Origin: Guillardia theta CCMP2712
Lineage: Eukaryota > Protista > Cryptophyta
Reading direction: 5' to 3'
Assembly: GCF_000315625.1 (NCBI RefSeq)
Contig: NW_005434657.1
Coordinates: 908,130 to 972,129 of the forward strand
DNA: 64,000 nt
A model generated the notes under the pieces. It was not told the origin of the DNA, searched no databases, and saw only the letters and a program-made list of their open reading frames with translations. The position numbers and the translations under genes were made by a program. Positions 59,751 through 64,000 of the stretch are shown here, one piece after another (position 1 is the first letter of the stretch; the number at the start of each line of letters is the position of its first letter).

Positions 59751-59949
59751 ACCATGGCTGCACGCGTGGTGTAGGGGAAGCTGCCAGGGCGCCAAGGAAG
59801 CTGCAAGCGAGAGGTTTGTATACTTCAAATAGCTTTCTAAGTATGGTTCTTCAGTATGATGAAAATGTTCGCAACCTGCTGTATCGGAGATCATGCCAAT
59901 ACACGCAGAGCGGACTTGTGGATGCCTCTGTCCTCGAAGCTGATCTCGT

Positions 59950-61931
59950 CGAGAGGGTGAAGAGCTTCGCGAAGCGTTATCCGAACATATCGCAGAAGCC
60001 ATCCGCTCGACATGTCAGCAGGCACGACGTGAGCTTCTCCAAGAAGCGATGACTGGATGGAGTGACGCATCCAGAGAGTGGTTTATGCAGCAGATTGAAG
60101 AAGCCAAGAAGGAGAAGGTCGAGACATACACCGCCTCAGCAGGCAACGAGGTGACTTCCTTCATCTCCATGACTCTCCTGGGCATCTCGTCGGTGTCAAC
60201 CATGAAGAAAAGCTGAAGAAGAAATTTGAAGAGATCGGACTGATCGTAGACTCAGTGCAAGAGAGTAAAGCAATCATGTGGAAGGCTCCGTATAGACCCG
60301 AGATAGCGAGTGCTGAGGAGATCCCGGTGACTGTTTCCTTCCTCCGCAATGCACAAGCGGAGAAGCTCTGGCAGGGAAGAGAGGACTTCGCGATTGATGG
60401 TCGCAAGTTCACAGCTGTACATGTGAGCATCGTGCACGATCGATCTTTCAAGATTCGAGCCAAGAGAGGACCCTGGGGCAAAGGGGGCAGCTTGGCAGAG
60501 CTGACTCACCTGCTAACCTTGGGCGGCATGACAACGGCTGAGATAGCTGCCGTCTATCGCTATCAGCTGCTGCGCCAGTCCCTTGCAGCGGTCCAACTCC
60601 AGCCGCTGGCAGGCATGCTGGTCGCTGGGGCGCCAGGCCAGCAAGTCCACAAAGGCTTAGGTCAGAAAGGCTTCATCGCTGTAGGGGCCAACGTCATCTG
60701 GAGACAGAGGGAGGTGGAGTGGATCGTCTCCTCGAGCTGCCCAGAGGCGAATGATACAGCATTTCGAGCTTTCCGAGAGAGCGAAGCGATGGAGGGAGTA
60801 CACCTGACTCTGTTCAGCGAGGACCCGAAGATCAGAGAGGCGCTCGCAGTCGAGTTGACAGCTGATCGCTTTGTGTCCAGAAATAAGGTGAAGAAGGCAT
60901 CAAGGATGCAGTCAAGTCGACGGCGGCATCTGGTCGCTTCACGAGGAAGGAGATGGAGGGGCTGTGCAACGGCGGCAACACGTCTATCGCAAGAGTCAAG
61001 AGAGTCCTGTTGGAGATCGCTAACAGGCTCGAGATCAACGTTGAAGGCATCGACATGGAGGAGGATTTGAACACCAAGTCCTGGAACGGGTCCAAGCTAT
61101 GCATCCTCCTCGGCTCCACGGAGGATGCTCGACGCATGCATCCTCCTCGGCTCCACGGAGGATGCTCGACGCGTGATGAAGGAGCTGCCCTTCTATCTCG
61201 AAGGCGCAGCAACCAAGCTCGAAGCAGTCGGCTTCGACAAGGAGCCTGACTCTGAGGCGGCTGGTCAGCGGGGCACCAGCGACGCAGCGCAGCGACAGGA
61301 GGAGAGCGAGGGAGAGTGGCTGGAGTTTACAGACCTGGAGAGGATCACAATGGAGGCAGCATCTCCGTCAAGCCAAGAGGACATGCAGCTCGTCAGCGAG
61401 CTGTCAGCAGTCATCGAAGATGCAGCTTCTTTGAACGAGGCGGGGACGAGCGAGCCGATCAAGCTGGTCCTGGACAAGGCCGTTGGCAACCTCCACGACA
61501 CCTTCTACTCTCCGGGGAGCCTGGAGTTCATGTCGCTGGGAGAGTGGGCGAAGATGCCAGAGGAGCAGGGAGTTGGGCGCAACGTTCTCAAGGAGAAGCT
61601 GGGGAAGTGGCTGCAGAGCAAGCGCTGGACTCGCGTGCAAGGAGAGAGCAAGAAGGCAAGGAGGGGCAGCGCGTTCTCGCCACGGGCAACGGCAGCTGCT
61701 GAGCTTGAGCAGGAGGCGGAGAGCGACGACATAGAGCGTCGATCTCTTAGCTTCCTGTTCATAGCACTGAGTAAATTCGCAGAGATGCATGTGCTGGCCT
61801 GCTCGCTGAAGGTGGACAAGAAGGACCGACTGCGAGTGGAGATGAGGGGAGATGACGAAGAAGAGGAAGACATGGAGGAAGAGCAAGGCGAGGGCGAGGA
61901 AGAAGACGGGGCGAGCCCGTACCGAGCTTGA
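59950..61931 (+). pseudogene. Frameshifted ORF of unknown family (candidate retroelement ORF1-like protein)
   Basis: Consecutive frames (~59950-60215, 60255-, 60953-, 61125-61931) form one protein collinear with 62895-63974. Confidence 0.6.
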
Positions 61932-61944
61932 GCTGAGCTCAAGG

Positions 61945-62170
61945 TAAGTAGAGAAGGTGGAGGCGACCGAAAGCCAAGGTGAGGAGAGGCAACTCTCCTG
62001 ACTGAAGCTGAGGAAGCTGAATGGAGGAGGAGTAGGTGGCGACCGAAGGCCAAGGTGAGGAGAGGCAACTCTTCTGACTGAGGCTGAGGAAGCTGAATGG
62101 AGGTAGAGTAGGTGGTGACCGAAGGCCAAGGTGAGGAGAGGCAACTCTCCTGACTGAGGCTGAGGAAGCC
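61945..62170. repeat. ~76-bp tandem repeat, 3 copies
   Basis: GGTGAGGAGAGGCAACT recurs at 61978, 62054 and 62130. Confidence 0.9.
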
Positions 62171-62345
62171 AAGAGAAGACAGCAGAAGTAGAGAGTAGAA
62201 AGACGCCTCAGAAGCAGGGTTCGCATTGTAGGCCGTGTACTCCAGGTGCTCGAGCGCCTCTTTAGACTAGGATCAAATTGCATAAGCCCACAACGAGGCC
62301 GAGCAACATTCTAGCATTCTAATAAACTCACATAATAATAATAAT

Positions 62346-62383
62346 AGGGTTTAGGGTTTAGGGTTTAGGGTTTAGGGTTTAGG
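62346..62383 (+). repeat. Interstitial (TTTAGGG)n, ~5 units, preceded by a (TAA)n tail
   Basis: Direct reading. Confidence 0.95.
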
Positions 62384-62599
62384 ACCGGGCCCCTGACAGA
62401 GGCACCGGGCCCCTGACAGAGGCACCGGGCCCCTGACAGAGGCACCGGGCCCCTGACAGAGGCACCGGGCCCCTGACAGAGGCACCGGGCCCCTGACAGA
62501 GGCACCGGGCCCCTGACAGAGGCACCGGGCCCCTGACAGAGGCACCGGGCCCCTGACAGAGGCACAGGGCCCCTGACAGAGGCACCGGGCCCCTGACAG
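62384..62599. repeat. 20-bp minisatellite (ACCGGGCCCCTGACAGAGGC), ~11 copies
   Basis: Tandem units with one substitution. Confidence 0.97.
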
Positions 62600-62628
62600 G
62601 GGTTTAGGGTTTAGGGTTTAGGGTTTAG
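62600..62628 (+). repeat. Interstitial (TTTAGGG)n, ~4 units
   Basis: Direct reading. Confidence 0.95.
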
Positions 62629-62895
62629 TAGACAACATCGCACATGTAGACATCATCGCACATGGTACTCATCGCACACACGATGAAAGAAATGCGAGAA
62701 TTGGTAGCAGTGGTGGATTCCTTCTGCAAATGGTCAGGACTGCAAATCAACAATAAGAAATCAGAGATAACCAGCTTCGACTATGCTCGCAAGGGAGAGG
62801 TTCCTGGTGCGAACAAAATAACGGTCATGGGGGAACCTGTCGAAGCCCTACCGGCTACTAAACCGTTCAAATATCTCGGCTATCGCATCTCTCTG
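62629..62895 (+). pseudogene. Non-LTR reverse transcriptase fragment (domains 5-7)
   Basis: MVLIA....M..LV..V..FC.WSGLQIN.KKSEI and PFKYLGY; the catalytic YxDD is scrambled at the junction. Confidence 0.75.
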
Positions 62896-63974
62896 TGGAA
62901 GGAAGAAAGACGAGCACCACGCTACGGATGTTTGAGGGAGACGACAGGAATGGAGGAAGCATACACCTCGGACTGATGTCGGAAGATGAAAAAATCCTCA
63001 AATGGTTCACTACTCAGGTTAGTGCAATCACCAGGGTAACGAGACAGCATCCAATTAGGTTGGACTTCTTGCCCGACGCGCTAGGAGCAGTACCACGAAG
63101 AGTGACCTATGAGGTACTGGTCAAGAGTAAAGCACAGAAGGGAAGGTTCACCAGAGAGGAAGCTGAACAGATCTGCGACGGGGAGGATCTCTCTATGGGC
63201 ATGACAATTCGAGGACTGAGACGGATCGTGGCGAGCTGGAAGGAGTCAGCGGCTGAGCACATCGTCAAGATCTCCTCGAAAGAAGATGTCGAGACCAACA
63301 GCTGGAACGGTGAACATCTAGTGCTCAGCTTCTCAGAAAAAGAAACGGCGATTGACATCCTCAGGTCCTTTGCGCCATGGGACAGGGCAGGGAAACTTCT
63401 TCTCCTAGAGCCAGGCAGTGCCAACATCTGGGAAGCGATCGCTACAGAACCCCCTACAGAGCCTCTTTGGGCTCAGGTAGATCTCGAACGGATCGAGAAT
63501 GAGATCAACATCCCAGAACCAGAGGCAAACGTGGTCCTCGAAGACATCTACAAAGTTCTAGAGGAGACTGTCAACCAGGGACAGAGTGCAGAAAACCAAG
63601 CTTGCAAACTCAGGCTCGATGGAGCCATCGTCGGCCTGTACGACAGCTTGTCATCTCCTGGAAATGCATGTTTTCCGACGCTGAAGGAATGGGCGGAATC
63701 ATCCTCGGCAACCCAGGACGACGACATGCAAGTTTTGAAGAGTAAGATTGCAAGAGTAAGCGAGCAGCATGCGTGGGAGACGGTAGCATCAAGAAGACGC
63801 CAGGGAGCCTTTGCAAAAGCAACAGGGAGAGGAGGGGAGAAACAACAAAAAGAATTTCGAACTGACCTGTTGTTTCTTGCCCTGAATAAAGTAGTTTCCA
63901 CAGCTACGCTAACCTACCAAGGCAGCGTTGGCTCGGGAGACGAAATTGAGTTTCTCTTGAGCAAGGCAGGATAG
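62895..63974 (+). CDS. 5'-truncated ORF of unknown family, paralog of 59950-61931
   Basis: 359-aa open frame with shared blocks IHL.L.SED.KI, T.SWNG..L, DLERI, KL.LD.A...L.D...SPG...F..L.EWA and VLK.K. Confidence 0.65.
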   Translation: MEGRKTSTTLRMFEGDDRNGGSIHLGLMSEDEKILKWFTTQVSAITRVTRQHPIRLDFLPDALGAVPRRVTYEVLVKSKAQKGRFTREEAEQICDGEDLSMGMTIRGLRRIVASWKESAAEHIVKISSKEDVETNSWNGEHLVLSFSEKETAIDILRSFAPWDRAGKLLLLEPGSANIWEAIATEPPTEPLWAQVDLERIENEINIPEPEANVVLEDIYKVLEETVNQGQSAENQACKLRLDGAIVGLYDSLSSPGNACFPTLKEWAESSSATQDDDMQVLKSKIARVSEQHAWETVASRRRQGAFAKATGRGGEKQQKEFRTDLLFLALNKVVSTATLTYQGSVGSGDEIEFLLSKAG

Positions 63975-64000
63975 GGACTTCGGGTAGTACGTTACACCAG

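Noticed and set aside
62365-62585. ORFs MPLSGARCLCQGPG...
   Set aside because: Translations of the 20-bp satellite.
59177-62628. True chromosome end
   Set aside because: The tracts are only 2-5 units long and unique sequence continues beyond them. They are interstitial, though probably subtelomeric.

Overview
Eukaryotic nuclear DNA from a protist or alga. The short (~45-55 nt) GT-AG introns, a bipartite plastid-targeting presequence and TTTAGGG repeats are consistent with a cryptophyte such as Guillardia; this is an inference. The window has two zones. (1) 1-~39.3 kb is a gene-dense core: AATF/Bfr2-like (partial), TRRAP/Tra1, three hypothetical genes, a pyruvate dehydrogenase kinase-family gene, a TPR + GT41 (OGT/SPY-like) glycosyltransferase, a LYR protein, TMEM260, an NHL-repeat protein, tRNA-Arg(TCG) and a Shewanella-like phosphatase. 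(2) From a head-to-head telomeric palindrome at 39587 to the end is a probably subtelomeric patchwork. It contains a shattered Cys-rich repeat/F-type lectin gene, Crypton-type tyrosine-recombinase fragments, a solo LTR, an intact HNH-like coiled-coil gene and a Ulp1+APE non-LTR fragment. It also has an intact chromodomain Ty3/Gypsy element with identical LTRs and a -1 frameshift signal, and an AT-rich endogenous giant-virus (NCLDV) fragment (VLTF3, a conserved hypothetical gene, a split A32 ATPase). The zone ends in units bracketed by interstitial TTTAGGG tracts. The best candidate for an undescribed system is a ~3.1-kb unit (5' 19-bp satellite, ORF of an unrecognised family, 76-bp repeats, AATAAA, (TAA)n tail) embedded in telomeric repeats. 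A diverged paralog of its ORF lies next to an RT fragment, which suggests a telomere-targeted retroelement family.
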